From a virus (lineage: Duplodnaviria > Caudoviricetes), in IMG/VR virus record IMGVR_UViG_3300012953_000034, positions 1-59,145 of that record: a stretch of DNA of 59,145 bases. The stretch is one strand, 5' to 3'. Positions 27,662-37,212 of this stretch are shown here, piece after piece. Numbering within the stretch: position 1 is the first letter of the stretch; each line of letters starts with the position of its first letter. The notes under the pieces are model-generated. The model searched no databases, was not told where the DNA came from, and saw only the letters and a program-made list of their open reading frames with translations. A program made the position numbers and the translations under genes.

Positions 27662-29245
27662 TCACTTAATAATCCATTTATATTGTTTATAAATTTTTTC
27701 AGCTTCACTCATTTTATCAAAGATATTGCCAGTTTTGTAGCCTTGTTGGCCTTTAACTTGTGTATTCATTGTTGTCTTGGTGGTAACGATTGCATCAACA
27801 AAAGCTTTTTGATAATTTAATTCTCGAGCATTTGCTTGAATGGCAGTGTCTCTGACCCAGCAAGCGATTGCTAAAGCCATGATCAAATCATCATTATAAC
27901 CTTTCATTGCTTGTGGTTTACCATTCCTCCAGATAAAAGTCTTCATCTCATTAATTGTTCGAGAAGAATACACAGTAATTAGTTTATTTCTGATAAACTC
28001 TTCTAATTTGGCTACGATAAGAGGCCGAGTCTTCATGGAGGTTGTAAATCCGGGCACCGCAGACGTTCTTGATTCTGCTTGATGTTGTTCTATATATTCG
28101 TGTGTTGATTTAACAGAGTGGTATACATTAGGATACCCCAGTTCGATTAGCTTTGTCAACACTGAATATCCTATATTGTTGTTTTCTACTACCAACATAG
28201 CGTCTCCGTATTCTCGACCTACCTGGTTCAGCATTCCTGCATACATATCGAGAGTTGGTTTTCCTTGGTATTCCCCAACAACTTCTAAAGTTTCCAGCTT
28301 GATTATATGAAAAGTGGAATAGTCGGCGCCATCACCGCGCGCAACATCGGCGACCATTAAATAATTACAGGAAGGATCGTATTCCTCCCACATCCAAAAA
28401 TTGCGATCAAATCCAGTTCTATATTTTGGCTCTTTAATATTATCAAGCAACCACTTCATACATTCAGGATCGATGACAGTCTCACCAGAGGTGTTGAAGT
28501 TACACTCAAGCTCTTGTGCGATCTGACGCTTAGACATATTTCTGGTTTCTTTTTTATACCAATCTCGATCGCGATCTGGGTGTACGTCCCAAGGCAACAC
28601 TGTTAAATTAAAATTGTTCGTTCCGGACTCAGCATCACTACAAGTTTTATGAAACCAATTACCTACGCCGTTTGGAGTGGACAATGCAATGCAGCGACCA
28701 CCGGTTGACAGTGTGGGATATAGGCCGGTCCACAACTCTTCCAAGCCTTCAATGTGGGCAGCCTCATCAAGGACCAAAAGAGACAGCGCCTCCGACCGGC
28801 CGGCATCTCCGGAGGTGGAGGCGGCCTTGATCGATGAACCATTAGATAGCTCAAATGATGTACGGTTATCTACTGAAATTGATGAGATCCTTATCCATCC
28901 CGGCAAATTTCTCATTATGCTTTTAACTTTTTTAACCAGGTTTCCGGCAGTCGCAAATTTGGTAGCCATGACAAGAATAGCCTTATCGCGATGAAACAGC
29001 ATCATCCACGCAATATAGCCGGCTGTGATAGTAGATATACCCAGTTGGCGGGCCTTCAAGATTACGTTAAATCGATAATCGTTAAATTCTTGCAAAAGGT
29101 TGTCTTGAAAATCATAAGTATTAAACAGAATCAGCCCGTGCATCGGATGCGATATACGGGCATAATTTTTAAGAAAATAAGATGGGTCTTTGCCGCATCG
29201 TAAGATTTCTTTAATTTGTTGTTTTTTGTCTAATTGAAAACTCAT
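27662..29245 (-). CDS. Terminase large subunit
   Basis: KARQLGIS Walker A variant, LLVLDEAA Walker B, STPNG, nuclease ADVARG and NDDLIMA. Confidence 0.95.
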   Translation of the reverse strand: MSFQLDKKQQIKEILRCGKDPSYFLKNYARISHPMHGLILFNTYDFQDNLLQEFNDYRFNVILKARQLGISTITAGYIAWMMLFHRDKAILVMATKFATAGNLVKKVKSIMRNLPGWIRISSISVDNRTSFELSNGSSIKAASTSGDAGRSEALSLLVLDEAAHIEGLEELWTGLYPTLSTGGRCIALSTPNGVGNWFHKTCSDAESGTNNFNLTVLPWDVHPDRDRDWYKKETRNMSKRQIAQELECNFNTSGETVIDPECMKWLLDNIKEPKYRTGFDRNFWMWEEYDPSCNYLMVADVARGDGADYSTFHIIKLETLEVVGEYQGKPTLDMYAGMLNQVGREYGDAMLVVENNNIGYSVLTKLIELGYPNVYHSVKSTHEYIEQHQAESRTSAVPGFTTSMKTRPLIVAKLEEFIRNKLITVYSSRTINEMKTFIWRNGKPQAMKGYNDDLIMALAIACWVRDTAIQANARELNYQKAFVDAIVTTKTTMNTQVKGQQGYKTGNIFDKMSEAEKIYKQYKWIIK

Positions 29246-29736
29246 ACATTTTCTGTTAATACTTCCCGGATAAGTTCCATGAGTTCCTCGAGCCTAAATC
29301 CAACTTGGGGGCGCCCTTCAGCGCCAGGAGAATAAAGCGTTTCCGGATCTTCTTCGGCAGGACCTATTTCAACGCCAGGGATGCCGGCGAATACCGCTTG
29401 AAATAAATCTGACACCGATTCCGGATCCATTCCCTGCACCATTGCAGCTATCTTGGCTTGCAGGGACTCGGGTTCTGCCGGGGTTTCTCCACCCGATGGG
29501 AACGGCATTGTGTCTGCTGCTCTATCAACATCGGGATCCATTGGCGACTGAACTGCTTTACCGCTGCCACTGGTGCCATAATCATCTGTAGCCCAATCGG
29601 GACGGGGGCCCTTACCCCTAATCCAAGCTATCAATTCAGCAGTTTTTTCATCACTCAGTGCTTCATCGAGAAAGCCCTCCTCGATCGCATATTCTTCAAG
29701 AATAATTTGATATAATTTTTTACGGCTTATGTTCAT
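29242..29736 (-). CDS. Hypothetical acidic protein with shared N-terminal leader
   Basis: MNISRKKLYQIILEE; translationally coupled to its neighbours. Confidence 0.55.
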   Translation of the reverse strand: MNISRKKLYQIILEEYAIEEGFLDEALSDEKTAELIAWIRGKGPRPDWATDDYGTSGSGKAVQSPMDPDVDRAADTMPFPSGGETPAEPESLQAKIAAMVQGMDPESVSDLFQAVFAGIPGVEIGPAEEDPETLYSPGAEGRPQVGFRLEELMELIREVLTENV

Positions 29737-30284
29737 TATTGCTTTTTCCGAGTATCATTTTGTGGTCTTTTGCCGCCATCGCCATTCCATCCGCCTTGCT
29801 CGAGAAAGCTTTTCCAATCGTTATCTAAGACGTTAGTAGAGCCACGATTATCATCGTTCATATCTTCAGAAAGGCCACCGACTTTATAGTGCATTTTTGC
29901 TATAATCCAAGAACGCACGCGTGAAGAGGTTTCAACTCTCACATCTATTTCTCCATCAGCGGTCAACGTCACAGATTCACCTCTAATCTTTCTATATTCT
30001 TTTTTCAAAAAAGAAGCAATCTCAGAAATTTTCTGCTGTACATCATTTTCAAATCCAGGTTCGTGAACCTCCTTTAGTTGCACTTCTGAGTGATATGTCA
30101 AACACATCATGTTGCCATAAAATTTTACCTTGAAGCCGTCCAAAACGCGGCGATCGAGAATCGGATCTCCGTCCTCTCTTGCAAGGCCGGCTTTAATCGG
30201 TTCCCCACTTTCATCGAGGGCTCCGTCATAAGCGTTTGCGGCCGCTTGTGACAGACCTTGAATAATTTCATAAACTGTAGCCAT
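29736..30284 (-). CDS. Hypothetical protein
   Basis: Start reassigned to ATG 30284 (TAATG overlap, GAGG SD): MATVYEIIQGLSQAAANAYDG. Confidence 0.55.
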   Translation of the reverse strand: MATVYEIIQGLSQAAANAYDGALDESGEPIKAGLAREDGDPILDRRVLDGFKVKFYGNMMCLTYHSEVQLKEVHEPGFENDVQQKISEIASFLKKEYRKIRGESVTLTADGEIDVRVETSSRVRSWIIAKMHYKVGGLSEDMNDDNRGSTNVLDNDWKSFLEQGGWNGDGGKRPQNDTRKKQ

Positions 30285-30685
30285 TATGTTTCCTCTTTTA
30301 TATTTATTTTTTCGGGTCTCCACCCAGATAGCCATCTCTCTTCTCTGCCAAAAATATATTTATCATAACATTCGCTACAACAATCAAATTTTATGAGGCA
30401 TACATCATCCATAGATACCTTTGGAAAACTTCCGCAGACTGGACAACTTTTTAAAGATTCTCTATTAAGTAGTTTTTTTGACACCTTTATACCATTAATC
30501 TCTATTTTCTCTTGGTGCTGCTCATTTCTTTTAATTTTCTTATAGAAGCTCTTCATTTGAGATAAGTATTTTTTCTCTCTATCTTCATCCCAATTAGACC
30601 TCGGGTTAACGATAGCCTCTTCTCCATATTTCTCTGAAATTGCCTTTTCAATGGCCGCTATTTGATCTAAATTTTTTTCATTCAT
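30284..30685 (-). CDS. Hypothetical zinc-finger protein
   Basis: CPVC...CSEC, ends GWRP. Confidence 0.55.
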   Translation of the reverse strand: MNEKNLDQIAAIEKAISEKYGEEAIVNPRSNWDEDREKKYLSQMKSFYKKIKRNEQHQEKIEINGIKVSKKLLNRESLKSCPVCGSFPKVSMDDVCLIKFDCCSECYDKYIFGREERWLSGWRPEKINIKEET

Positions 30686-31098
30686 TTCAGGGCCCTATAC
30701 ACGCCATATGAGCTTGCAGTACCAATGAGGATCCCACCAACAAAATACAACCATTTGTAACGGGGTGAAGTTTTTTTTAGTGCATTGGCCAACAAGTCAA
30801 TTTCTTTATCTTTTTGTATTATAAACAAATCATACTCATCTGTTAAGGCTTTATGCTCTATCCTCATATTTTCTAACTTAAATTCGTATTCTTCTTTTTG
30901 AATTTTTAGTTGATACTCTGTCTTTATATCGCAGGAATACTTAAAAATATCATAATCGGACATTATTTTAGCAGTCGCGTATTCGTCAAAAAGAACGCCA
31001 GCAAAAGGCGCCGGCTGCTTATATTCCAGGACTGTGAACTGCGGGGGTTGTGTCGCTGCAGCGGTCATCGTAAGCATTAACATAAGATTAAGGAACAT
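30682..31098 (-). CDS. Envelope protein with signal peptide, coiled coil and C-terminal TM helix (spanin-like)
   Basis: MFLNLMLMLTMTAAA signal, heptad-rich middle, WLYFVGGILIGTASSYGVY. Confidence 0.45.
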   Translation of the reverse strand: MFLNLMLMLTMTAAATQPPQFTVLEYKQPAPFAGVLFDEYATAKIMSDYDIFKYSCDIKTEYQLKIQKEEYEFKLENMRIEHKALTDEYDLFIIQKDKEIDLLANALKKTSPRYKWLYFVGGILIGTASSYGVYRALK

Positions 31099-31471
31099 AT
31101 TGGATACCGAATTTAGTCTCTATATCTTTAATTAGTTGCTCTCGATCACTATTGAATTTGTTTCTGTATTCTCCACTCTTGTCTTCTCTCAACTCTTCAA
31201 TCATCTCCAAAGCATTTTCGTAGTCTTCTTCGATGGCAGCAATAGATTCAAGATGGCTTTCCATTAGCTTTTTTTTCTCACGCAATTCTTTCTTGTGAAT
31301 TTCTTTTAGTCCGTCAATTTGTGCCTGATGCGATTCGGATTGAGTTTCGTATGCCTTTTGCATAAGGCCATAATCGTATCGACTCTTCATCGCGACAACG
31401 AGACTCAGTAACACGATTGCTATAACCTTCCAATTTTTTAATGCAAATTGGAATATCTGTTTTTTAATCAT
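31088..31471 (-). CDS. i-spanin-like protein
   Basis: N-terminal TM (VIAIVLLSLVVAM) followed by a long coiled coil. Confidence 0.5.
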   Translation of the reverse strand: MIKKQIFQFALKNWKVIAIVLLSLVVAMKSRYDYGLMQKAYETQSESHQAQIDGLKEIHKKELREKKKLMESHLESIAAIEEDYENALEMIEELREDKSGEYRNKFNSDREQLIKDIETKFGIQYVP

Positions 31472-31664
31472 TATAGCCTCTCAACCTTGCGATGCCGTCG
31501 ATAACTGTTTGACCACCGATATAAATTGCCGAGATGATAACCCAATCTTCACTGGTAACATGGCCGGCTAGTGTCAGGCCTGTTGCGGTTAACCACACCA
31601 TGAGTTTCCGTGATGTAAGTTTTGCTAGCCAGGTGTCCATAAATGCTTGTGCCTTTGCCATCAT
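31464..31664 (-). CDS. Holin-like small membrane protein
   Basis: 66 aa, SRKL motif, two hydrophobic helices, tandem Met-Met start, AGGA SD. Confidence 0.55.
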   Translation of the reverse strand: MMAKAQAFMDTWLAKLTSRKLMVWLTATGLTLAGHVTSEDWVIISAIYIGGQTVIDGIARLRGYND

Positions 31665-31673
31665 TTTGCTTCC

Positions 31674-31961
31674 TTACTTTTTTGAGAATGGGTGACCTGA
31701 TGGAAAGTCTGGATTTCCAACTGGGCGATCAGTCATCATTTTTCTTCTTACTTTGCTGCTGTCAAATGGTAAACCTTCTTCAACCTTTGATTTACACATT
31801 TCCTCTGCCTCTTCCGCTGAAAGGCCTTCTGGTCTCTCGGAAGCAGGCTTATCTTTCTGAGCGCAAGCCCAGCGGCGCTGCTTTTCTGAAGAAACTTCAC
31901 TCAGAACTTCTGCCAATTCTTTTCGAATAATTGATTTAAGCTCTTGGTGAGATATTTTCAT
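31674..31961 (-). CDS. Hypothetical protein with shared N-terminal leader
   Basis: MKISHQELKSIIRKE. Confidence 0.55.
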   Translation of the reverse strand: MKISHQELKSIIRKELAEVLSEVSSEKQRRWACAQKDKPASERPEGLSAEEAEEMCKSKVEEGLPFDSSKVRRKMMTDRPVGNPDFPSGHPFSKK

Positions 31962-32257
31962 TTAAAATTTCCTCGGGCTAGTTTTGCATTAACCATTGGA
32001 TTATGTTTTTTGAACGCATCGATCGAAGCACGCACCGCCGATCGATCACAAGGGCCTACGTACCACTCATTAAAAAGTTCAACAAGATTGGCCTTATCGA
32101 TCGTCCTTTGGGATACTCCGGCCTCAAGACACAATATCTCAAAAGTGGCGCCACATTGCTCCTGTTCGACTTCCACCTCTTCGACTACTACTGTTGTCTT
32201 TGGTGTTGTGGAGGTTTTGTTCACTATCGAGTTCCATAGTTTTTTGATTATGTTCAT
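31958..32257 (-). CDS. Hypothetical protein
   Basis: 99 aa, ATGA-coupled on both sides. Confidence 0.5.
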   Translation of the reverse strand: MNIIKKLWNSIVNKTSTTPKTTVVVEEVEVEQEQCGATFEILCLEAGVSQRTIDKANLVELFNEWYVGPCDRSAVRASIDAFKKHNPMVNAKLARGNFK

Positions 32258-32706
32258 AATTTTTTGAATTCCTTTAATGCCTCATATAAAGCTTGAATGA
32301 CCCCATTATTAAGGTGAGAATATTGTGGGGGATTTCTTGCTGCGTCCTGTGCTGCTTCTTCTAATAAGCGCGCTAGTTTTACTTCAGTCTGCTCAACAGT
32401 CATAATTCCGTAACCGGGAATTTGAAGATCGGGACTACTTGATTGGCCGCCGGTGTAATCTCTGAGTTCTTCACTCATTTCTGCAGGCTCTGTTGGGCCC
32501 GGTGATTTCTGAAAGTTTTTCTTTACCATCTCCACAGCAGCCGCAACGCCACCGCCAAGCAGTGCTGTGACCACAGCGGGTTCTTGAATAAATTTTTCAA
32601 AGGCAGATAGAGCAACGCTAAAATTTTCAGGAGTCAGCTGCTCAAAGCTTTCGCCGATTTGTTCTTCTTTCGTGTGCTCACGCCAATTTTCAAATAGTTT
32701 TTTCAT
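32254..32706 (-). CDS. Hypothetical protein
   Basis: Start reassigned to ATG 32706 (ATGA overlap with the tubulin stop): MKKLFENWREH. Confidence 0.55.
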   Translation of the reverse strand: MKKLFENWREHTKEEQIGESFEQLTPENFSVALSAFEKFIQEPAVVTALLGGGVAAAVEMVKKNFQKSPGPTEPAEMSEELRDYTGGQSSSPDLQIPGYGIMTVEQTEVKLARLLEEAAQDAARNPPQYSHLNNGVIQALYEALKEFKKL

Positions 32707-33842
32707 GTCGCTAATCCATTCATACTTAGTATCGCAATCAAACCGGGCACATTTTTTCTGACATAAACGCCAGAGAAAAGCGTCTCGCATCGACCGCCGA
32801 CATAAGCGATTGCCGACTCAATATTCTTGCTGACTTTAGGGTCAGCCACCATCTCTTCGGACACAACCAACACTAACGATCCTGCTGCGGCTTTACCCTT
32901 GGGTGGAGGGCACGCGGAGCGATTCATACAGTTGTGAAGGATTACCGATCCAAGCTTTCCAGTATTTGGATCTTTTATCATAGTCGAACCCATAAAGGCT
33001 CGGCCGCTATTGCTCAAGCACGTTTCCAGATCTTTACTATCAAAAGACTGGATCGGTGAATCCTCTGTGGAGAGTTTAAGTACTTGAGCTAGCGACTTGG
33101 CAAATTGTGTGTTAGCGACTGGGTACATACCAAGCATACCAATTCTGCCGCGAAGTAAGCGGGTAGAGCGCTCGTTATCAAGAATGATATGTGCGTGCGG
33201 CGTAACATCGTTAGCCAGCGTCAACGCGTTGCGAGCGATTGTGGGATTAAGATTTTCTTGTGCCGTCGGCCATGATACTATATAAACGACTCGACCAGAA
33301 GCCTGAACAGATCGTAAGTAACGCTCAAAGACAGGCTGTAAAGCAGTGACAGAACTACCGGTACCGCCACCACCCCCAGCAAGGACAAATAACCAATCAA
33401 CCTTACCAAGCTTGATTCGCAAAGCATCTTCAACAATCGCACCATTTTGACTTAAAACCTCTTTTCCATATTGTACGTCTTTTCCAATGCCATCGGCATC
33501 TGGTATAAGGACAACGTGATCCTCTTCGACATTTTTAGGGATGTCTTTACCTGTTGTATTTACAAGCAGTGTTTTGTTAAAACCAAGTTCAATAAAGGCA
33601 TTCGCCATTTTGTTACCTCCGCCGCCGACGCCGACAAAGCCGACGTTAATAGATGAGGGTGCCGTATTCTCGGGGAGTAAATCTTCGTCGGAGTACTCCA
33701 TTTGTAATCCGAAGTCCTCGACCATACCGAAGTCTTCTGCGTCTACCTGTTCGTGGTAACTGTCTTTCTCTTGCGCAAATGCGGGGGGCGGTTCTGCGGG
33801 AGGCAGAAAATCAAATTCGTTGTTGTCGTTTTCATCTGACAT
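32703..33842 (-). CDS. Tubulin/FtsZ-family GTPase (PhuZ/TubZ-like)
   Basis: GVGGGGNK, VNT, GIGKD, signature GGGGGTGSS, LDN, T7-loop-like FDSKD. Confidence 0.9.
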   Translation of the reverse strand: MSDENDNNEFDFLPPAEPPPAFAQEKDSYHEQVDAEDFGMVEDFGLQMEYSDEDLLPENTAPSSINVGFVGVGGGGNKMANAFIELGFNKTLLVNTTGKDIPKNVEEDHVVLIPDADGIGKDVQYGKEVLSQNGAIVEDALRIKLGKVDWLFVLAGGGGGTGSSVTALQPVFERYLRSVQASGRVVYIVSWPTAQENLNPTIARNALTLANDVTPHAHIILDNERSTRLLRGRIGMLGMYPVANTQFAKSLAQVLKLSTEDSPIQSFDSKDLETCLSNSGRAFMGSTMIKDPNTGKLGSVILHNCMNRSACPPPKGKAAAGSLVLVVSEEMVADPKVSKNIESAIAYVGGRCETLFSGVYVRKNVPGLIAILSMNGLAT

Positions 33843-33852
33843 TGAGTGTCTC

Positions 33853-36800
33853 CTATTGGTTTACTCTGGCGTATCCTGCTTTCTTATCGATCACTACCTG
33901 CAAATCAACACAATCTTTGAGCGAGTCAAGGTGTGAGATAAGCAAAACATTTTTAAAATACACTTTAATTAGTTCCAAAATACGAATAAAACCTTCCATA
34001 TTTTCCTCGTCGAGCGCTGTGCCGGGTTCATCTAGAACGAAAATGTCACCGGTCGGAAGCGAAGAGACTCCCAAAAGAGCAAGACGAATAGCGATTGCTG
34101 AAAGAGATTTCTCTGCACCAGAAGCGAGTTCAATCGGGCGCTCATCATATTTGGGGTGCTTGATGAAGATATCAAATTTGTTCCCAGAAGCTTCAAAAAA
34201 CACCTCAAAATCAACGATGTTAGCCAACACCTTTGCGATTTCAGAATTGATTACTGGAATTTTCTTTTTGATTATATCGTATGCGATACCGTTAGAATGC
34301 ATACATTGCATGTATAAATCGTAAGCCGCAAATTCTCTTTGCAATTCTTGGCGCTCCTTTTGTTGGCTTATAATGTTTTCCACCTTTTGTTCTAAGGAAC
34401 CCACCATCTTAACAAACTCCAAGGTTTTGTTTTCACATTTTTCGATATTTGCGTTTGTTGCCTTAATATCATAGTGGCACCTGTTCAATTGAGCAATCAA
34501 GCTTTCAAGGTTTTCAATGGCTTCTTTGTTCTGCTCGTATTCGTCCCTCTTGGAGCAAAGATTGATTAATTGTAGCTCTGTCGTGTGTATTAAATTTTTG
34601 TTTTTCTCTATTTCCAAATTAAGATCAGCTATCTGCGAGGAAACCGAGTGCTTATTACTTTCAAGTTTGTCGTATCTATCGAGTTGAGTCTCAACGTCTT
34701 TAGGATTTAGCTTCGATATTTCTTCAGTAATCAAATTTATCATCTCTAAAATTTCATTTTGCCCTGTTTCGACGGGTACCTTCTGTAAAACTGCGGCATG
34801 AGCCTCCTTTACGAACTCGTTCTCGCAACAAAATTTACAATCCGGGTCATATTGATGATCTTCTAAAAGTTTTTCCTTTTTAAGAATATTATTATAAACA
34901 CCAAGAAGTTTATCCAGCGAGCCTTCTTGTTCTTTTAATTTATCCCTATTTTGTTGAATTTCTTGCTGCAAGCTTTGGTATCTCTCTAGCTCAAACTCGT
35001 CTAAAAAGTTTGTAATCTTCTTATAAACACCTTGTTTTATTTTTAACTCGTTTTCGTTGTCTGAGTTTTTTATTTTTAGTGCGGTGATTTGATTTTCTTT
35101 TTTGAGAATATTGCTACTAATGTCTGCGATATCAATGATCTCAGTAGGGATTGAATCTATTTTTTCTTGCGTTGATGTACAGTCGTCTGTGAGTGTTACT
35201 AAAGAATCCTTAAGTATTGCGCACTTATCCTGCTGTCCTTTCTGCATTTGTCTGGTACTTTCGAGTTCTTTTTTGGCGCTGTCTATTTCTTCAGTGTAGT
35301 TTCTTGACTCTAGACGTTTAAGGGCACCCTTAAGATCCACTGAATCTTCTTTTGCTAATTTAAATTTTTGCTCAAACAGTTCTAAATCCAAGAACTTGGC
35401 TATGATTTCTTTGCGTCGTGTTGAACCCTCATCAATAAAGGTCAAAGCTCCATGCTGAGAAGATAACGAGGATACTGAAAAATCATCTAGGGTTCCGAAG
35501 TGCTTACGAATGTTGGCATCTGTGAGAGTTCTGGTTAACCCATTTAGTGACGTTGTTTCTCCCATTACCGGATCATACACCTCAAAATTTAATTCTGTTT
35601 TTGCCTCAAGAGTTTCCTCGCCCTTGAGTCGCTTAACGTATTTGTCAGATCTTCTTTCAATAGTATACGATTTGTCGCCAACTTCTATTACGGCTTTTCC
35701 GGATCCGTATTCTTTGTTTTGATTAATAACATTGAGATTCTTACGCTCATTTTTCGAGGTTGAATTAAAAATAGTCCAAAGCAGGCCATCAACAATGCTA
35801 CTCTTACCAGAAAAGTTTTTGCCGAAGATCCCGACAATGCCGCCAAGTTCATTAAAATCAACATTGTTATCTTCTCCATAATTAAATAAGTTATCAAATT
35901 CAAAATTTACCAATTTCCAATTTACATTTCTTGAGATATCCTCGTTATCCTCTACGAGTTTGTTGTACTTTTCATTTAACTCGTACACCTTCTCCATTGT
36001 TTCCGGGGGTACTTCAAAATCAACAAGGTACTCATCTATCAATTCCTCTTGAACGCTGATATCTCTCAGGTTCTCGGTCTTTAGTCCGTCGGTCAGACCC
36101 TCGACAGAGCCGCGTTCTCCAGAAGCGCGATTAAGAAATGATATACTCTCTGGCTTAAATCTATGCTTCGCGATATCAACCGCACGACGCATTACATCCA
36201 GCGGAAGATTGTTATTGCTAACGAGACGAAGACGAGCGCCAGACGGAATAGATGTATTCTTTGGCATTCGTCCCTTGCGAGTAAGTTCGATAGTAATGAA
36301 CGGTTTTGGGTTGACAAGTGAGACGTGCCTTGTTGACCAAGTGCTTTTGCCTTCAATATCCCAAATAAGATAACCTTTATCATTTGACTCTCCGTGATTT
36401 TGTTGTACAAGAGAGCCTGGATATCTAGCGCGACCATCATTGTCTACCTTCTGATCTGTCTTGTGAATATCTCCGAGCAATGCATAATCATATTTCTCAA
36501 GCTCGTCAAGAGAAATATCACCGTGTGTCATCATCCAGCCACTATCTGTGACCGAGCCAACAACAGAGCCATGATATAAGGCAATGTTAACACGATCTTC
36601 TGGCAAATCTTTTTGCCAGTTTTCTGGATCCACAATAGATAAAACATGCAAATCGACACCATCTGCCACCTCCACTACTGATGCATATTTATGAAAATGA
36701 ATATTGGGATGTTGCAAGTAATCCACAATTGGCGATATCGCATCAAGCCTACCACAATTTTTTAAATTCATATCGTGATTGCCTAAAATCATATGATAAG

Positions 36801-37020
36801 GCGCAATATCGGCAAGACCTACAAATAACTCACTCATCATCTTGATAGACTCTGGTGACATATCAAGTTTTGTGTGAAAGGTGTCACCCGTATTGACAAT
36901 AATATCGGGCTCCTCTTCACGCAACTTCTCATAAAGTTGCTCAAACACTGCACGGTACTCTTTGTGGTACTTTAATTTTCGGACGTGAATATCCGATACG
37001 TGCGCAATTTTAATGCTCAC
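33853..37020 (-). CDS. Fused Mre11/SbcD nuclease - Rad50/SbcC ATPase (gp47-gp46-like)
   Basis: Phosphoesterase motifs SDIH, TGDTFH, GNHD, YHG, GDIH; Walker A GKNFSGKS; coiled coil with CKFC hook; ASGAE signature; VLDEP; ISH; start at GTG 37020 after AGGAG. Confidence 0.9.
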   Translation of the reverse strand: MSIKIAHVSDIHVRKLKYHKEYRAVFEQLYEKLREEEPDIIVNTGDTFHTKLDMSPESIKMMSELFVGLADIAPYHMILGNHDMNLKNCGRLDAISPIVDYLQHPNIHFHKYASVVEVADGVDLHVLSIVDPENWQKDLPEDRVNIALYHGSVVGSVTDSGWMMTHGDISLDELEKYDYALLGDIHKTDQKVDNDGRARYPGSLVQQNHGESNDKGYLIWDIEGKSTWSTRHVSLVNPKPFITIELTRKGRMPKNTSIPSGARLRLVSNNNLPLDVMRRAVDIAKHRFKPESISFLNRASGERGSVEGLTDGLKTENLRDISVQEELIDEYLVDFEVPPETMEKVYELNEKYNKLVEDNEDISRNVNWKLVNFEFDNLFNYGEDNNVDFNELGGIVGIFGKNFSGKSSIVDGLLWTIFNSTSKNERKNLNVINQNKEYGSGKAVIEVGDKSYTIERRSDKYVKRLKGEETLEAKTELNFEVYDPVMGETTSLNGLTRTLTDANIRKHFGTLDDFSVSSLSSQHGALTFIDEGSTRRKEIIAKFLDLELFEQKFKLAKEDSVDLKGALKRLESRNYTEEIDSAKKELESTRQMQKGQQDKCAILKDSLVTLTDDCTSTQEKIDSIPTEIIDIADISSNILKKENQITALKIKNSDNENELKIKQGVYKKITNFLDEFELERYQSLQQEIQQNRDKLKEQEGSLDKLLGVYNNILKKEKLLEDHQYDPDCKFCCENEFVKEAHAAVLQKVPVETGQNEILEMINLITEEISKLNPKDVETQLDRYDKLESNKHSVSSQIADLNLEIEKNKNLIHTTELQLINLCSKRDEYEQNKEAIENLESLIAQLNRCHYDIKATNANIEKCENKTLEFVKMVGSLEQKVENIISQQKERQELQREFAAYDLYMQCMHSNGIAYDIIKKKIPVINSEIAKVLANIVDFEVFFEASGNKFDIFIKHPKYDERPIELASGAEKSLSAIAIRLALLGVSSLPTGDIFVLDEPGTALDEENMEGFIRILELIKVYFKNVLLISHLDSLKDCVDLQVVIDKKAGYARVNQ

Positions 37021-37028
37021 ATTTTCTC

Positions 37029-37124
37029 CTAGTTTAACATCATCCAAGCAAGGGCACTGAAGCCATAGTACGATGTGTAAATGAAGATGGCTTTTCCAAG
37101 TGTTTCCAATGCAAACTTAAGCAT
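37029..37124 (-). CDS. Putative 31-aa hydrophobic peptide
   Basis: GGGAGG SD, MLKFALETLGKAIFIYTSYYGFSALAWMMLN*; first ORF after a sigma70-type promoter. Confidence 0.55.
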   Translation of the reverse strand: MLKFALETLGKAIFIYTSYYGFSALAWMMLN

Positions 37125-37145
37125 AGGTTCCCTCCCTATACATAT

Positions 37146-37174
37146 ACTATATCATTTTAGGATCACACTGTCAA
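37146..37174 (-). promoter_or_regulatory. sigma70-type promoter
   Basis: TTGACA-17 nt-TATAGT with extended TG. Confidence 0.8.
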
Positions 37175-37212
37175 GTACTTCTTTTGCTTATTTTAATAAA
37201 GCAATTAGCTTT

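Noticed and set aside
29030-29060. Terminase Walker A lacking the usual GKT/S lysine (KARQLGIS)
   Set aside because: A known deviant Walker A form in large terminases; not evidence of inactivation
29242-30284. Small terminase subunit upstream of the large terminase gene
   Set aside because: Position fits, but neither ORF shows motifs I can recognise as TerS
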